Of a stretch of 64,000 bases of DNA, positions 63,841 to 64,000 are shown piece by piece; positions within the stretch are counted from its first letter, which is position 1; every line of letters begins with the position of its first letter. Source of the stretch: an uncultured Thermoleophilia bacterium (GTDB taxonomy: Bacteria; Actinomycetota; Thermoleophilia; UBA2241); the NCBI GenBank assembly GCA_963705205.1, contig CAVPJG010000006.1, forward strand, positions 298,125 through 362,124. Reading direction: 5' to 3'. The notes below the pieces were generated by a model. The model ran no database searches. It had not been told where the DNA came from and was given only the letters and a program-made list of their open reading frames with translations. The translations under genes were made by a program, and so were the position numbers.

Positions 63841-64000
63841 TCAAAGGCGTCCTCTTCGACAAGGACGCGACGCTGCTGGAGTTCCACACGACACAGCACT
63901 ACATCTACGCCACGCTGCTCGCCCGTCTGAAGGACGACTACCAGGTCCCTGAACCGCTCCTGCAGCGGTTGAGCGACGTCTTGGGGCATCTTCCGGATCG
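63837..64000 (+). CDS. HAD-superfamily hydrolase, N-terminal part only
   Basis: ATGA overlap with the upstream stop. MIKGVLFDKDATLLEF (DxD motif I). Runs off the window. Confidence 0.6.
   Translation, partial: MIKGVLFDKDATLLEFHTTQHYIYATLLARLKDDYQVPEPLLQRLSDVLGHLPD

Noticed and set aside
1-64000. CRISPR arrays, IS elements, transposases, integrases and rRNA genes.
   Set aside because: I found no regularly spaced direct repeats, no terminal inverted repeats flanking a transposase-like ORF, and no recombinase motifs on either strand. Absence is judged by eye only.

Overview
Very GC-rich chromosomal segment (about 70% GC by eye, with G/C at almost every third codon position). It looks actinobacterial: SepF, a RipA-like NlpC/P60 hydrolase, Tat/lipoprotein solute-binding proteins, many GTG/TTG starts and 4-nt ATGA/GTGA gene overlaps. 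I can support about 65 protein-coding genes or gene remnants. There is no rRNA, no complete tRNA, no CRISPR array, and no recognisable transposase or integrase.

Main blocks, left to right:
1. UbiD-family decarboxylase, TatD-like hydrolase, three MFS exporters, an orphan radical SAM gene, DJ-1/PfpI, and a LivJHMGF-type branched-chain amino-acid ABC operon.
2. A two-gene operon of secreted multihaem c-type cytochromes (9 and about 5 haem motifs).
3. One-carbon and cell-wall genes: dimethylglycine-oxidase-like, formyltransferase, NlpC/P60, SepF.
4. A roughly 9-kb metalloid island at 28.8-37.8 kb. One operon reads metallophosphoesterase-ArsP fusion / DUF2703-like / ferredoxin / radical SAM-SPASM. 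It faces a divergent, translationally coupled acr3-arsR-thioredoxin-like-hgcA-like-hgcB-like operon, followed by a second arsR divergent from arsM.
5. A Cys-rich ECF sigma factor, TerC, an acyl-CoA ligase and a CAP-domain protein.
6. An RraA / two ATP-grasp / oxidoreductase cluster.
7. A lower-GC islet at 53.1-59.3 kb. It starts at a tRNA 3'-end fragment and an excisionase-like gene, and three consecutive genes in it are riddled with single-base frameshifts.
8. A corrinoid-dependent methyltransferase system controlled by a GntR/HutC regulator with a perfect palindromic operator.

The strongest candidate for something new is the HgcAB-like corrinoid/ferredoxin pair, which carries the HgcA cap-helix signature and is hard-wired into an arsenic-resistance operon alongside several proteins with vicinal-cysteine tails.

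All family assignments come from motif recognition by eye. No database search was run.
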